A stretch of 63,994 nucleotides of DNA, filler included, from Acidimicrobiia bacterium (GTDB taxonomy: Bacteria; Actinomycetota; Acidimicrobiia; Spongiisociales; CAZKJJ01), in NCBI GenBank assembly GCA_046759765.1. It is 4 parts of 4 records of this genome, joined end to end, with 100 filler letters (N's around TTAATTAATTAA, not from the genome) between each part and the next. Parts side by side here need not be neighbours in the genome. Positions count along the whole stretch, not along the records: positions 20,596 to 40,764 come from JBHICV010000029.1; 3 more parts are not named here. One strand, written 5' to 3'. Numbering within the stretch: the first letter of the stretch is position 1; each line of letters opens with the position of its first letter. The notes under the pieces were generated by a model. It did not search any database. It saw nothing but the letters and a program-made list of their open reading frames with translations, and had not been told where the DNA came from. Shown piece by piece: positions 21,007 through 31,607 of the stretch. A program made the translations under genes and the position numbers.

Positions 21007-21029
21007 AAGGTATCAAGAGAGTGTGACAG
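21007..21029 (-). promoter_or_regulatory. RecA-NDp/PafBC-type DNA-damage promoter (candidate)
   Basis: Minus strand CTGTCACAC-TCTCTTGA-TACCTT-CGGGTC-ATG; TGTC-N12-TAnnnT spacing. Confidence 0.55.
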
Positions 21030-21072
21030 CTCTCGCCGTGCGAGAATGACTAATAGCTGATAGCTGTCCGTC

Positions 21073-21146
21073 CGGGCTGTGGCGCAGCTTGGTAGCGCGC
21101 GTGCTTTGGGAGCACGAGGTCGCCGGTTCGAGTCCGGCCAGCCCGA
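21073..21146 (+). tRNA. tRNA-Pro(TGG)
   Basis: CGGGCTG/CAGCCCG acceptor, CGTGC-TTTGGGA-GCACG anticodon arm, GTTCGAGTC. Confidence 0.96.
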
Positions 21147-21188
21147 CACAATGAGGACGCGGACCCTGACGCTAGGATTTCAGCGCGG

Positions 21189-21260
<72 letters not shown>

Positions 21261-21264
21261 CGAG

Positions 21265-21338
21265 GCCCCCGTAGCTCAGCCGGACAGAGCAGGAGCCTTC
21301 TAAGCTCAAGGTCGGGGGTTCGAATCCCTCCGGGGGCG
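21265..21338 (+). tRNA. tRNA-Arg(TCT)
   Basis: GCCCCCG/CGGGGGC acceptor, GAGC-CTTCTAA-GCTC, GTTCGAATC. Confidence 0.95.
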
Positions 21339-21354
21339 CTGCCGGCCACCCCGT

Positions 21355-21429
21355 GGTGACCGTAGCTCAGTTGGTTAGAGCGCCGGGTTGTGGACCCGGA
21401 GGTCGCGGGTTCGAGTCCCGTCGGTCACC
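21355..21429 (+). tRNA. tRNA-His(GTG)
   Basis: Encoded G-1, GTGACCG/CGGTCAC acceptor with C73, CCGGG-TTGTGGA-CCCGG. Confidence 0.96.
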
Positions 21430-21455
21430 CTGATCCATCGATCCCAAGGAGCAAC

Positions 21456-22814
21456 ATGACGACCACGGTCCGCGACGCCGGTCCGTTCGAGAAGCTGGTC
21501 ACGGTCCACATCCCCAACGAAGAGCTGGACGCGGCGATGAACCGGACCGCCCGCCGCCTGTCCTCCGAAGTGAAGATCAAAGGCTTCCGGCCCGGCAAGG
21601 CTCCCCGCCCCATCGTCGAGGCCACCGTCGGGACCGATCGTCTCCGTTCGGAAGCGCTCGAGGATGCACTCCCGGAGCTGGTCGCCGACGCCCTGTCACA
21701 GTCCGATCTCCGCCCCGCCGTGAACCCGAGCCTCGAGAAGCTGGAGGACGTAGACGACGGTGTGGAGATCGAGGTCAAGGTGACATTGTGGCCCACTCTC
21801 GACAGGGTTCCTTCCTACCGAGACCGCGAAATCCAGGTAGAGGCGCCCGAGGTGTCGGAGCAAGAGCTCTCCACCCAGATCGATCGCATGCGAAGCCAGT
21901 TCGCCGAGCTCGCCGTCGTTCCACGAGCTGCTCGCGATGACGACTTCGCCTCCATAAACATCTCGGCCACCCATGACGGCGAGCCGGTGCCGGAAGCGGC
22001 GGCCTCGGATCTCCTCTACGAGATCGGCTCCGTTTCTTTCATCGAGGGCCTCGATGATGAACTGGTCGGCAAAGCCGCGGGCGAGATCTTCAAATACCGG
22101 GCATCGCTCCCCGACGGGTTCGGAGACCTGGCCGGGGAACGCGTCACCATCCAGGTCCTGGTCAAGGACGTCCGGGAGAGGCGGCTCCCGGACCTGACCG
22201 ACGAGTGGGTGGAGGACGTGACCGAGTTCGAGACGGTGGAGGAGCTGAAAGGCGAGCTCACCACCCAGCTCGAGTCCTTCAAGCGCGCGGCCGCCGCCGA
22301 CCAGTTTCGAAGGAATGCACTCGACCAGCTGCTGGCCGAGATGGACGTGGTCGTGCCCGAAGCGATCGTCGGCGCCGAGATGGACGCCACCCTCCACCGT
22401 TTTGCGCTGCAGCTGGCCGGCCAAGACATCGAGCTAGCGGACTACCTCGAGGTGACCGGGCAGACCCAGGAGGCGTTCCTCGACGACCTTCGCTCCCAAG
22501 CAGAAAGAAACGCCCGCACCGACATCCTCCTCGACGCCGTCGCACAGAAGGAGGAGCTCGAGGTCACTGACGAAGAGTTCGAGGCGGCCGCCCGCGCGAT
22601 CGCGGCCCAGGCGGAGGAGTCTCCTGATGGCTTCGTGAAAGAGCTTCGCGGAACGTCGCGGGAGATCGCCCTCCGGAGTGATATCCTGAAAAGGAAGGCA
22701 CTGCAGGCTGTCCTAGACGCTGCAGTGCCGATTGATCAGAACGGGAGCCCGATCGATCTACGCTCGGTCGACGAGGGATCAACCGAACGAGAGCCGGCCG
22801 AGGAGAGTGAATGA
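21456..22814 (+). CDS. tig: Trigger factor
   Basis: GFRPGKAP signature, FKBP domain; AAGGAG RBS before ATG 21456. Confidence 0.95.
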   Translation: MTTTVRDAGPFEKLVTVHIPNEELDAAMNRTARRLSSEVKIKGFRPGKAPRPIVEATVGTDRLRSEALEDALPELVADALSQSDLRPAVNPSLEKLEDVDDGVEIEVKVTLWPTLDRVPSYRDREIQVEAPEVSEQELSTQIDRMRSQFAELAVVPRAARDDDFASINISATHDGEPVPEAAASDLLYEIGSVSFIEGLDDELVGKAAGEIFKYRASLPDGFGDLAGERVTIQVLVKDVRERRLPDLTDEWVEDVTEFETVEELKGELTTQLESFKRAAAADQFRRNALDQLLAEMDVVVPEAIVGAEMDATLHRFALQLAGQDIELADYLEVTGQTQEAFLDDLRSQAERNARTDILLDAVAQKEELEVTDEEFEAAARAIAAQAEESPDGFVKELRGTSREIALRSDILKRKALQAVLDAAVPIDQNGSPIDLRSVDEGSTEREPAEESE

Positions 22815-23437
22815 GCGGAGAGAATTACCTGGTCCCGACGGTCGTCGAAACCACTAGCCGTGGTGAGCGGGCGTTCGACATCTACAGCCGACTACTCAAG
22901 GACCGCATCGTCTTCCTCGGCACCCCCATCGACGACACCGTCGCCAACCTGATCATGGCCCAGCTCCTACACCTCGAATCGGAGGACCCGGACAAGGAAA
23001 TCGCCCTCTACATCAACTCGCCCGGCGGAAACATCACCTCGCTCTTCGCTGTCTACGACACCATGCAATACATCAAGCCGCCGGTCAGCACCGTCTGCAT
23101 GGGAATGGCGGCCTCGGCGGCCGCCGTCATCCTCGCCGGCGGCGCCCCGGAGAAGCGGATGGCACTTCCGCACGCCCGCGTCATGCTCCACCAGCCCACC
23201 GGCGGAGCTCAGGGCCAAGCGAGTGACATCGAGATCCAGGCCCGGCTGATTGTGCACATGCGGGAGCAGATCAACCGGATCCTCTCTGAACGAACCGGCC
23301 AGGAGTACGACAAGATCGCCATCGACACCGAGCGTGACTTCTGGATGACCGCTGAGGAAGCGCTCGAATACGGAATCGTCGATTCGGTTCTGAGTCGCAG
23401 GGAGCTAGCCGCAGTGGCCGGAGGCAAAGAGAGCTGA
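22811..23437 (+). CDS. clpP: ATP-dependent Clp protease proteolytic subunit
   Basis: [25 protein letters not shown]. Confidence 0.97.
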   Translation: MSGENYLVPTVVETTSRGERAFDIYSRLLKDRIVFLGTPIDDTVANLIMAQLLHLESEDPDKEIALYINSPGGNITSLFAVYDTMQYIKPPVSTVCMGMAASAAAVILAGGAPEKRMALPHARVMLHQPTGGAQGQASDIEIQARLIVHMREQINRILSERTGQEYDKIAIDTERDFWMTAEEALEYGIVDSVLSRRELAAVAGGKES

Positions 23438-24702
23438 TGGCCAAGTTCGCCGAGGGCAGCGATCTACTCAAGTGCAGCTTTTGCGGCAAGTCACAGAAGC
23501 AAGTTCGCAAATTGATCGCAGGCCCCGGCGTATACATCTGCGACGAGTGCATCGATCTCTGCAACGAGATCATCGAGGAGGAGTTCTCAGGTACCGAGGA
23601 GGTGTCGTTCGGCGAGCTGCCCAAACCGAAGGAGATATTCGAGTTCCTCGATGACTACGTCGTCGGTCAGGACTCGGCCAAGAAGGTCCTCTCGGTTGCT
23701 GTGTACAACCATTACAAGCGAGTGCGGGCCGGGCAGCAGCGCAAAGACGACGTCGAGCTGCAGAAGTCGAACATCCTCCTCATCGGCCCCACCGGCTGTG
23801 GGAAGACCCTCTTGGCCCAGACGCTCGCCCGGCTCCTCAACGTTCCTTTTGCCATCGCAGATGCGACGGCCCTTACGGAGGCCGGGTACGTCGGCGAGGA
23901 CGTAGAGAACATCCTGCTGAAGCTCATCCAGGCGGCCGACTACGAGGTGAACCGGGCCGAGACCGGCATCATCTACATCGACGAGATTGACAAGATCGCT
24001 CGCAAGGCCGAGAACCCGTCCATAACCCGCGACGTGTCAGGCGAGGGGGTCCAGCAGGCGCTCCTCAAGATTCTGGAGGGCACCACTGCGTCGGTGCCTC
24101 CCCAAGGTGGTCGCAAGCACCCGCATCAGGAGTTCCTGCAGATAGACACCACCAACATCCTGTTCATAGTCGGTGGGGCTTTTGCGGGCCTCGAGGATGT
24201 GGTCAGCCGCAGGATCGGCAACCAAGGAGTGGGCTTCGGGGCCGACATTCGGAGCGTCAAGGAGCGGAGGGCGACCGAGCTGCTCGACCAGGTGTTACCC
24301 GAGGATCTGATCAAGTTCGGCCTCATCCCCGAGTTCGTCGGCCGGCTGCCGGTGGCGGCCACGGTCCAGGATCTCGATCTCGATGATCTGATCCGCATAC
24401 TGGTGGACCCCAAGAACGCCCTCACCAGGCAATACAGCAAGATTTTTGACCTCGACGGCGTCGAGCTCGTCTTCACGGAGGATGCGCTGGAGGCAATCGC
24501 CGACCAGGCGTTGTTGCGCAGCACCGGCGCGCGCGGCCTCCGCGCCATCCTCGAGGAAGTACTCCTCAACACCATGTATGACCTGCCGTCCCGATCGGAC
24601 ATCGGCCGGGTGGTAATCGACCGCCAGGTGGTCCTCGACCGCGTCAATCCCCCCCTCGTGCCGGTGCATGAGCTGGAGGAGCCCGAAGAGCGCTCTGCGT
24701 GA
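23437..24702 (+). CDS. clpX: ATP-dependent Clp protease ATP-binding subunit
   Basis: CSFCGK Zn finger, [21 protein letters not shown] loop. Confidence 0.97.
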   Translation: MAKFAEGSDLLKCSFCGKSQKQVRKLIAGPGVYICDECIDLCNEIIEEEFSGTEEVSFGELPKPKEIFEFLDDYVVGQDSAKKVLSVAVYNHYKRVRAGQQRKDDVELQKSNILLIGPTGCGKTLLAQTLARLLNVPFAIADATALTEAGYVGEDVENILLKLIQAADYEVNRAETGIIYIDEIDKIARKAENPSITRDVSGEGVQQALLKILEGTTASVPPQGGRKHPHQEFLQIDTTNILFIVGGAFAGLEDVVSRRIGNQGVGFGADIRSVKERRATELLDQVLPEDLIKFGLIPEFVGRLPVAATVQDLDLDDLIRILVDPKNALTRQYSKIFDLDGVELVFTEDALEAIADQALLRSTGARGLRAILEEVLLNTMYDLPSRSDIGRVVIDRQVVLDRVNPPLVPVHELEEPEERSA

Positions 24703-24983
24703 CTTGTTTGTCACTTTGCGTGGTAGTAGCTTGATCCGCGCCGGAGTCCTCGGGAGGGTCTGAGCACTCTCAGCCCATCTCGGGATTCCCACCAGAAGGG
24801 AGAGGGGGGAAACGCGTGGCAGCCACGCGCAGAATTGTCGCTCGTCATCACCCGACCTCCCGCCACCTCGCGTTCATTTGTCCGGGCGTAGTTCCGGCCC
24901 TCGGTGGCGTCGCCCTACCTTGGGCAGCCATGCGCCGCTGGGGGCCGGAACTCGACTGAGCGGGACCGCCCGCTCCGCGCTCA

Positions 24984-25011
24984 AGGCCCCGGGACTCCGG
25001 TCCCGGGGCCT
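24984..25011 (+). terminator. Intrinsic terminator-like hairpin
   Basis: AGGCCCCGGGAC-TCCG-GTCCCGGGGCCT, 12-bp stem followed by a pyrimidine tract. Confidence 0.65.
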
Positions 25012-25170
25012 CTCTCTGGTGCACTAGTCAATGGGGCACCTCGCATTTTGTTACCTATTGACCCCGAGTTCGAATTGCCACTCTGCGTGGAGGTGATAAG
25101 TTGAGCACAGCCACCGAAAGTGGTTCTCATACCACTCTCCGTGGGCGGGCTGACAATAAGGGGAGGCAAA

Positions 25171-25956
25171 ATGAGAGTCGCGCGACGGCGCGTGGGCGCG
25201 GCGTTCGTCGTGATTGTGGTCGCCGTAGGGATCCTGGCGATCGCACCGGCCGCTTTCGCACACCATCCGGTCATCTCGGCGACATGTGTGCTCGACGGTT
25301 CCTACATCATCGCGGGGACGGTCGTTTCATGGAACGGACCCACAGACGAGTCAAAGACCAATGGAAACGTCGAGGTGCGCAGAGGGGGCTTCAACGGTGA
25401 AGTCGTTGGCCAGGGCGAACTGAACGCCGGAAATGGATTCTCCTTCGGCTGGTCGGACAGCCTGCCGTCCGACACAGAGGGCCCGGTTACCTATGTGACA
25501 GTCGCGCTGGAGCCGTGGGCTAACAACACTCCGAACCGTGGTGAGGGCAACCTCCACCCGTCGCAGACCATGGTCCTCAGCTTCGACGGATGCGTCGTAA
25601 CCGAGACCACCACCACCACGACGACAACGACTACCACGACGACACTTGCTCCCACCACCACTCTGGAGGTTGTTGAGGAGACGACCACTACCACTGTGCA
25701 GGAAACAACGACGACGACCGAGGCGGCTACTACGACAACCGAGGCGGCCTCTACTACAACCGAGGCCCCAACCACGTCGGTCTTGGCCGCCGTGGTCACC
25801 CAGCCGCCCACGACCGGCGAGACTCTGCCAGTCACCGGTTCTTCCAATGGCGGCTTCGGCCTGGTCGGTTTCCTACTGCTTCTGGGGGGGGTTGGACTTC
25901 TGGCCACGGCCCGTCGAGCGCAGGGAAAGCACGCCGCCAGCACGAAGTGGGAGTAG
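25171..25956 (+). CDS. Secreted Thr-rich protein with LPXTG-type sorting signal
   Basis: GGGGAGG RBS, signal peptide ending AFA, poly-Thr linker, LPVTG + hydrophobic stretch + RR tail. Confidence 0.8.
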   Translation: MRVARRRVGAAFVVIVVAVGILAIAPAAFAHHPVISATCVLDGSYIIAGTVVSWNGPTDESKTNGNVEVRRGGFNGEVVGQGELNAGNGFSFGWSDSLPSDTEGPVTYVTVALEPWANNTPNRGEGNLHPSQTMVLSFDGCVVTETTTTTTTTTTTTTLAPTTTLEVVEETTTTTVQETTTTTEAATTTTEAASTTTEAPTTSVLAAVVTQPPTTGETLPVTGSSNGGFGLVGFLLLLGGVGLLATARRAQGKHAASTKWE

Positions 25957-26091
25957 AGGTTTGTCCCTCGCTCCTGGCTCGGGGGGGAGACCGGTTCCGA
26001 GTCGAGACAGGTCGCGGTTGACCGCCTACCGCGAGCTGGACGGAGCCGGACCACAGGCGCTCGGCTAACACGAACCGCCTGCTGGGTAGGG

Positions 26092-26120
26092 AGTGAGCCC
26101 CGGGTTTCCCGGGGCTCACT
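26092..26120. terminator. Strong hairpin upstream of valS
   Basis: AGTGAGCCCCGGG-TTT-CCCGGGGCTCACT, perfect 13-bp stem. Confidence 0.55.
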
Positions 26121-26170
26121 GCTCAAATGCGGGAGAGGTTCGAGGCATCGGTCGGTAGCATTTCCCGACC

Positions 26171-28765
26171 ATGCAGGCGACTTACGATCCGAAGTCCGTC
26201 GAGGTCGATTGGTACGAGCGGTGGGTCGATGCTGGGCTCTTCCGCCCCGAGTACCGGCCCGATGGTGAGCCGTTCTGCATCGTCATTCCACCTCCGAACG
26301 TCACCGGTTCGCTCCATATGGGTCACGCCCTCAACCACGTCATCCAGGATGTGATCATCCGGAGAAAGAGAATGCAGGGATACGCGACCCTCTGGCTTCC
26401 GGGCTCCGACCATGCCGGAATCGCTACGCAAAACGTCGTCGAGCGGGACCTCAGACAGGAGGGAATGACCCGTTATGACCTAGGCCGCGACGAATTCGTC
26501 GAGCAGGTGTGGGCCTGGAAGCGACGGTATGGCAACCGCATATCCGAGCAGATGAGGCTCCTCGGGGATTCGGTCGACTGGTCTCGCGAACGCTTCACAA
26601 TGGACGAAGGGCTGTCGCGAGCCGTGCGAGAGGTCTTCGTTCGTCTCTACGAAGAAGACCTCATCTACCGGGGAGAGCGAATCATCAACTGGTGCCCCGT
26701 CTGTGCCACGGCCCTGGCCGACATCGAAGTCGAGCACGAGGTTACGGACGGCGAGCTGGTGCACATTCTTTACCCGTTTACGGAGGGCGACGGCGGCATC
26801 TCCGTCGCCACGACTCGAGCCGAAACCATGCTCGGAGACACAGCAGTGGCGGTCCACCCAGACGATGACCGCTATCGCGAGGCCGTCGGCAGGACCGTGC
26901 GCCTCCCGCTGCTCGGACGCGAGATCCCGATAGTCGCGGACGATGCGGTGGACCCCTCGTTCGGGACGGGAGCCGTGAAGGTGACACCGGCGCACGATCC
27001 GAATGATTTCGAGATCGCCGAGAGGCATGGTCTGGAAGCCATCAAGGTGTTGGACGAGGACGCCCAGATCACCGAGGCCGGGGGGCCGTTCGCGGGTCTG
27101 AGCCGGTACGAAGCGCGCGAGGCCGTCAAGCAGGCGCTGGAAGCGGAAGGAGTCCTGCTGGGCGTCGAGGATTACGAGCACTCGGTCGGTCACTGCTATC
27201 GAAGCAAGACCGAGGTCGAGCCGCTGCTCTCTCGGCAGTGGTTCGTTCTCGTGCGGCCGCTGACGATCCCGGCGATCGAAGCTGTGGCCGACGGCTCGAC
27301 GCGATTCTCCCCCCGGCGGTGGGAGAAGAACTACTTCCATTGGATGGAGAACCTTCGAGATTGGTGCATCTCCCGGCAGATCTGGTGGGGTCATCGCATC
27401 CCGGCCTGGTATTGCGGGGACGATCACGTGACGGTGGCGAGGGAGGAACCGTCTTCCTGCTCCGAGTGCGGATCCGAAGAGCTGCGCCAAGACGAGGACG
27501 TGCTCGACACCTGGTTCTCGTCGGCTTTGTGGCCATTCAGCACTCTGGGATGGCCGGAAGCAACGCAGGACTTGAGTACCTACTACCCGAACAGCGCGCT
27601 CGTAACCGGCTTCGACATCATCTTTTTCTGGGTCGCCCGCATGATGCAGATGGGTATCCACTTCATGGAAGAGGTGCCTTATCCCGACGTGGTCATCCAC
27701 GGACTGATACGCGACGCCGCCGGGCGCAAGATGTCCAAATCCGAGGACAATGTGGTCGACCCGCTGGACGTTATCTCAGACCATGGGGCCGACCCTCTCC
27801 GGCTGGCGCTCATCCAGGCGGCCGCACCGGGCCACGACGTCACCTTCGAGCTCGACTCTGTGGTCGCCGCGCGCAAATTCGCCAACAAGCTATGGAACGC
27901 CACTCGGTTCGTCCTCAGCCATGTCGAAAGCGCCCCGGCCGAGGGTGGCTATCCCGAGAGTCCCGGACCTGTCGACTCGTGGATCCTCTCCCGGCTGGCC
28001 GAAGTCGTGGCCAGGTTCGACGAACTCTCCGAGGGGTACCGCTTCTCCGATGCTTACGGCCTCCTTTATAACTTCGCCTGGTCTGAGGTTTTCGACTGGT
28101 ATCTCGAGCTTTCCAAGAGCCAGCTCACCGATCCCGATCTCGCCGAAGCCACGGGGCGGACTCTCGGAGTCGTGCTCCGTGATCTGCTCAAGCTTTTCCA
28201 CCCTGCGATCCCCTTCGTTACCGAAGAGCTCTGGGGAGAGCTCATCTCGGACGGACTACTGGCCGGCTCGACATGGCCGGAACCGCCGACCGAATATGAG
28301 TCACCCAGGTCTATGGGCGAGTTCCAAGAGCTCGTTACCGGTGTGCGTCGGCTGCGCGCCGAGCATGGGCTATCGCCGCGCCATCCGCTCAATTCGCGGA
28401 TCCGCGATCCTGAATCGGTGGCGGAGTCGTGGTGGGAACCGCAGCTCCCTGCGCTGGCGGCCGTCGATCCGGTGTTCGGAGATGTTCCCGACGATCTGAG
28501 TGGCTGGACCAAAGTCCTGGCGGGATCCGTGGAGGCCTTCGTTCCGGTGGCGGGTCTGGTTGATTTAGAGGCAGAGCGGGAGCGCTTGGAACGATCGGTG
28601 GCCACAGTACGCGACGATCTGGCCATGGCCGAGACCAAGCTGGCCAAGAACGAGTTCCGAGAGAGAGCACCGAGCGAGATCGTCGCCAAGGAAGAGAGCA
28701 AGGCCAACGAACTCCGATCGAGGCTGGAGGCGCTGGAGCGTCAGCTCGCTCAGCTCGGTTCGTGA
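26171..28765 (+). CDS. valS: Valine--tRNA ligase
   Basis: PPPNVTGSLHMGH, WCISRQIWWGH, KMSKS, C-terminal coiled coil. Confidence 0.97.
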   Translation: MQATYDPKSVEVDWYERWVDAGLFRPEYRPDGEPFCIVIPPPNVTGSLHMGHALNHVIQDVIIRRKRMQGYATLWLPGSDHAGIATQNVVERDLRQEGMTRYDLGRDEFVEQVWAWKRRYGNRISEQMRLLGDSVDWSRERFTMDEGLSRAVREVFVRLYEEDLIYRGERIINWCPVCATALADIEVEHEVTDGELVHILYPFTEGDGGISVATTRAETMLGDTAVAVHPDDDRYREAVGRTVRLPLLGREIPIVADDAVDPSFGTGAVKVTPAHDPNDFEIAERHGLEAIKVLDEDAQITEAGGPFAGLSRYEAREAVKQALEAEGVLLGVEDYEHSVGHCYRSKTEVEPLLSRQWFVLVRPLTIPAIEAVADGSTRFSPRRWEKNYFHWMENLRDWCISRQIWWGHRIPAWYCGDDHVTVAREEPSSCSECGSEELRQDEDVLDTWFSSALWPFSTLGWPEATQDLSTYYPNSALVTGFDIIFFWVARMMQMGIHFMEEVPYPDVVIHGLIRDAAGRKMSKSEDNVVDPLDVISDHGADPLRLALIQAAAPGHDVTFELDSVVAARKFANKLWNATRFVLSHVESAPAEGGYPESPGPVDSWILSRLAEVVARFDELSEGYRFSDAYGLLYNFAWSEVFDWYLELSKSQLTDPDLAEATGRTLGVVLRDLLKLFHPAIPFVTEELWGELISDGLLAGSTWPEPPTEYESPRSMGEFQELVTGVRRLRAEHGLSPRHPLNSRIRDPESVAESWWEPQLPALAAVDPVFGDVPDDLSGWTKVLAGSVEAFVPVAGLVDLEAERERLERSVATVRDDLAMAETKLAKNEFRERAPSEIVAKEESKANELRSRLEALERQLAQLGS

Positions 28766-30054
28766 ACTACACGGACGCGGTCGCCTACCTCGATCGTCAC
28801 ATCGGGCAGGGGGTGCGGCCCGGGCTCGAACGTATTTCGGCGCTGCTCGATCTGATGGCCAATCCCGAGGCCGGATACCCGATCATCCACATCGCCGGCT
28901 CCAATGGAAAGACGTCCACGGCCCGCATAGCAACGTTCCTCCTGGCGGCCCATGGGCTCAAAGTCGGCACATTCACCTCGCCTCATCTCGAACGGATCGA
29001 ACAGCGCTTCGCCCTCTCGGGAGTCGATTTAACTCGGGAGGAGTTCGCCGATGCGGTGGAAGACGTAGCGCCGTTTGCCGACCTTCTGCAAGAGCAAATC
29101 GGGGATCCACCCACTTACTTCGAGCTCACTGCGGCGGTCGCGTTTGGTCTGTTCGCGGAGAAGGCGGTTGACGTCGCGGTGGTCGAAGTGGGATTGGGTG
29201 GCCGGCTGGACGCGACCAATGCCGCGGATGGAAAGGTGGCGGTCGTCACGAGCATCTCCCGGGAGCACACTGACTACCTCGGTGAGACCCTTGCCGAAAT
29301 CGCCCGAGAGAAGCTGGCTATCACCAAGCCTGACTCCGTCCTTGTGCTGGGCAAGCTCCCACCGGAGGCGCTCTCAGAGGCGGAGAAAGTGAGAGAGGCT
29401 CTAGGGGTTCGGGCGGTTGCCCTGACAAGAGACTTCGACGTGGAACCCACCATGGCGGTCGGGGGTTGGACGATCGACATCGATGGCGTGTACGGCCGGT
29501 ACGAAGGCGTGTTCATTCCGGCTCACGGACGTCACCAGACCAGGAACACCGCCGTGGCCGCCGTAGCGGTGGAAGAGATGTTGGGACGGCCGCTCGTGCC
29601 GGAAGCCGTCATAGAAGCGATGGCCGAGCTGACTCTCCCTGGGCGGCTCGAGGTGCTCGGCCGCCGGCCGTTGCTCGTACTCGACGGGGCTCACAACGCG
29701 GAGGGATTCGAGCTTCTGGGCGGGGTGCTCGCCGAAGAGTTCCCTGCCCTCAAATGGACGCTCGTATTCGGTGTTCGAGGAGACAAGGACCTCGAGACGA
29801 TGATCGGCTCACTCGCCACACAGCTCAGGACGGTGGTCACTTGCGCCGCTGACAGCCCGCGGGTGGTGCCTGCTCCCGAGGTCGCCGACCGGGTCCGGGG
29901 GGTGCTCGGTTCTGCCACAGAGGTCATCACGTCGTCCGGTGTTGCCGAGGCCGTGGATATCGCTCTCGCGCAGACGGAGCCCGATGGGGCCGTGCTCGTG
30001 ACAGGCTCGCTGTACGTGGTGGGAGAGGCTCGCACGCACCTGCGGGACGGTTAG
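28762..30054 (+). CDS. folC: Folylpolyglutamate synthase/dihydrofolate synthase
   Basis: [30 protein letters not shown]. Confidence 0.95.
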   Translation: MNYTDAVAYLDRHIGQGVRPGLERISALLDLMANPEAGYPIIHIAGSNGKTSTARIATFLLAAHGLKVGTFTSPHLERIEQRFALSGVDLTREEFADAVEDVAPFADLLQEQIGDPPTYFELTAAVAFGLFAEKAVDVAVVEVGLGGRLDATNAADGKVAVVTSISREHTDYLGETLAEIAREKLAITKPDSVLVLGKLPPEALSEAEKVREALGVRAVALTRDFDVEPTMAVGGWTIDIDGVYGRYEGVFIPAHGRHQTRNTAVAAVAVEEMLGRPLVPEAVIEAMAELTLPGRLEVLGRRPLLVLDGAHNAEGFELLGGVLAEEFPALKWTLVFGVRGDKDLETMIGSLATQLRTVVTCAADSPRVVPAPEVADRVRGVLGSATEVITSSGVAEAVDIALAQTEPDGAVLVTGSLYVVGEARTHLRDG

Positions 30055-30064
30055 CGTTCTGGCG

Positions 30065-30466
30065 ATGACCGAGCGCACCTTCGTGATGGTCAAGCCGGAC
30101 GGAGTCGCCCGCGGTTTGGTAGGTGAGATCATCTCGCGGCTCGAGCGAAAGGGCTTGACCTTGGAGCAGATCCGGCTCCTGACCATGGACGTCGAGATGG
30201 CCGAGCGCCACTACGACGAGCACCGAGACAAGCCGTTCTTCTCCGATCTGATCGAGTTCATCACCAGCGGTCCTTCAGTGGCGATCGAGTGGTCAGGCGA
30301 CAGCGCGGTAGCGGTAGTGCGCGACACCATGGGCGCCACAGATCCGAAGCAGGCAGCCCCGGGCACGATTCGCGGTGACTACGGGCTCGAAGTCACGCAG
30401 AACTTGGTTCACGGGTCTGATTCGCCTGAGACGGCGGAGAGGGAGCTCAGCCTGTTCTTCGGCTGA
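30065..30466 (+). CDS. ndk: Nucleoside diphosphate kinase
   Basis: [20 protein letters not shown]. Confidence 0.97.
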   Translation: MTERTFVMVKPDGVARGLVGEIISRLERKGLTLEQIRLLTMDVEMAERHYDEHRDKPFFSDLIEFITSGPSVAIEWSGDSAVAVVRDTMGATDPKQAAPGTIRGDYGLEVTQNLVHGSDSPETAERELSLFFG

Positions 30467-30539
30467 CTGAGCGTTCGCGACCAACTGGCATAGCCAGGTC
30501 GGGAGCCATAGACTTCACTTTTCCCGATCTTGGGTCGCC

Positions 30540-31571
30540 ATGGCTGACACCCTCTTCGCACTAGCCGGCCAAGATATGGCCATAGACCTCGGCACGGCCA
30601 ACACGCTGGTGTTCGTGCGCGGGCTGGGCATCGTACTGAACGAGCCCTCGGTGGTCGCCATCAATACCCAAAGCAATCAGGTCCTGTCGGTCGGCATGGA
30701 CGCCAAGCGGATGATTGGGCGGACCCCCTCCTACATCCAGGCGATCAGACCCCTACGCGACGGGGTCATAGCCGACTTCGACATAACCGAGCGGATGTTG
30801 CGTTACTTCATCCAGAAGGTGCACTCGCGCCGCTGGGCGAAGCCCCGGATCGTGATCTGCGTTCCGTCTGGGATCACAGGAGTCGAGCGGCGAGCGGTCG
30901 AAGAAGCGGCCTATCACGCCGGCGCTCGGCGCGCTTACACGATCGAAGAGCCGATGGCCGCCGCCATTGGCGCCGGCCTGCCAATCCACGAGGCCAGCGG
31001 CTCGATGGTGGTCGACATCGGGGGCGGCACGACGGAGGTGGCGGTGATCTCGCTCGGAGGGATCGTCGTCTCGCGCAGCATTCGGATCGGAGGCGACGAG
31101 AAGGACGAGGCGATCATCGAATGGGTCAAGAAGGAGTACAACCTGCTACTGGGAGAACGGACGGCCGAGCAGGTGAAGATGGCGATCGGATCGGCCTACC
31201 CCTATGCGGACGAGCCCGGCGCCGAGGTACGCGGTCGTGACCTCATCTCCGGGCTGCCCAAGACAATCGTCCTGTCCAGCGGCGAGGTACGGGAGTCGAT
31301 CGAAGAGCCGGTGCAGACCGTCGTCGACGCCGTCAAGTACACGTTGGACAAGACCCCTCCTGAGCTGGCTGCTGACATCATGGAACGAGGGATCATGCTC
31401 ACGGGTGGCGGAGCATTGCTTCGTTCACTCGATGAGCGGATCGCGTACGAAACCGGAATGCCGATTGTGACGGCAGATCGCCCGCTCCAATCGGTTGTGC
31501 TGGGCTCCGGCAAGACGCTGGAAGACTTCGATGTCCTACAGGGGGTTCTGGTTTCCTCGAGCCGTCCCTAA
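30540..31571 (+). CDS. mreB: Rod shape-determining protein MreB
   Basis: [22 protein letters not shown]. Confidence 0.97.
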   Translation: MADTLFALAGQDMAIDLGTANTLVFVRGLGIVLNEPSVVAINTQSNQVLSVGMDAKRMIGRTPSYIQAIRPLRDGVIADFDITERMLRYFIQKVHSRRWAKPRIVICVPSGITGVERRAVEEAAYHAGARRAYTIEEPMAAAIGAGLPIHEASGSMVVDIGGGTTEVAVISLGGIVVSRSIRIGGDEKDEAIIEWVKKEYNLLLGERTAEQVKMAIGSAYPYADEPGAEVRGRDLISGLPKTIVLSSGEVRESIEEPVQTVVDAVKYTLDKTPPELAADIMERGIMLTGGGALLRSLDERIAYETGMPIVTADRPLQSVVLGSGKTLEDFDVLQGVLVSSSRP

Positions 31572-31607
31572 GGTCGTGAGATCGCATCCCCGACGCGAGT
31601 CCCGGCC

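Noticed and set aside
21390..21455. N-terminal extension of tig in the ORF track
   Set aside because: Overlaps tRNA-His; the RBS supports ATG 21456.
25100..25160. c-di-GMP-I-like riboswitch (GCCACCGAAAGTGGT hairpin)
   Set aside because: Lacks the GGCAAAC and GACGCAAAGC conserved segments; only a single hairpin.
25600..25780. ACC/ACG/ACT-rich repeats (also 45300-45475) as a possible CRISPR or VNTR
   Set aside because: They are poly-Thr codons within CDSs; there is no repeat-spacer structure.
25960..26170. T-box riboswitch upstream of valS
   Set aside because: No T-box consensus or specifier loop is recognisable, and valS has its own TAGCAT -10 close to the ATG.
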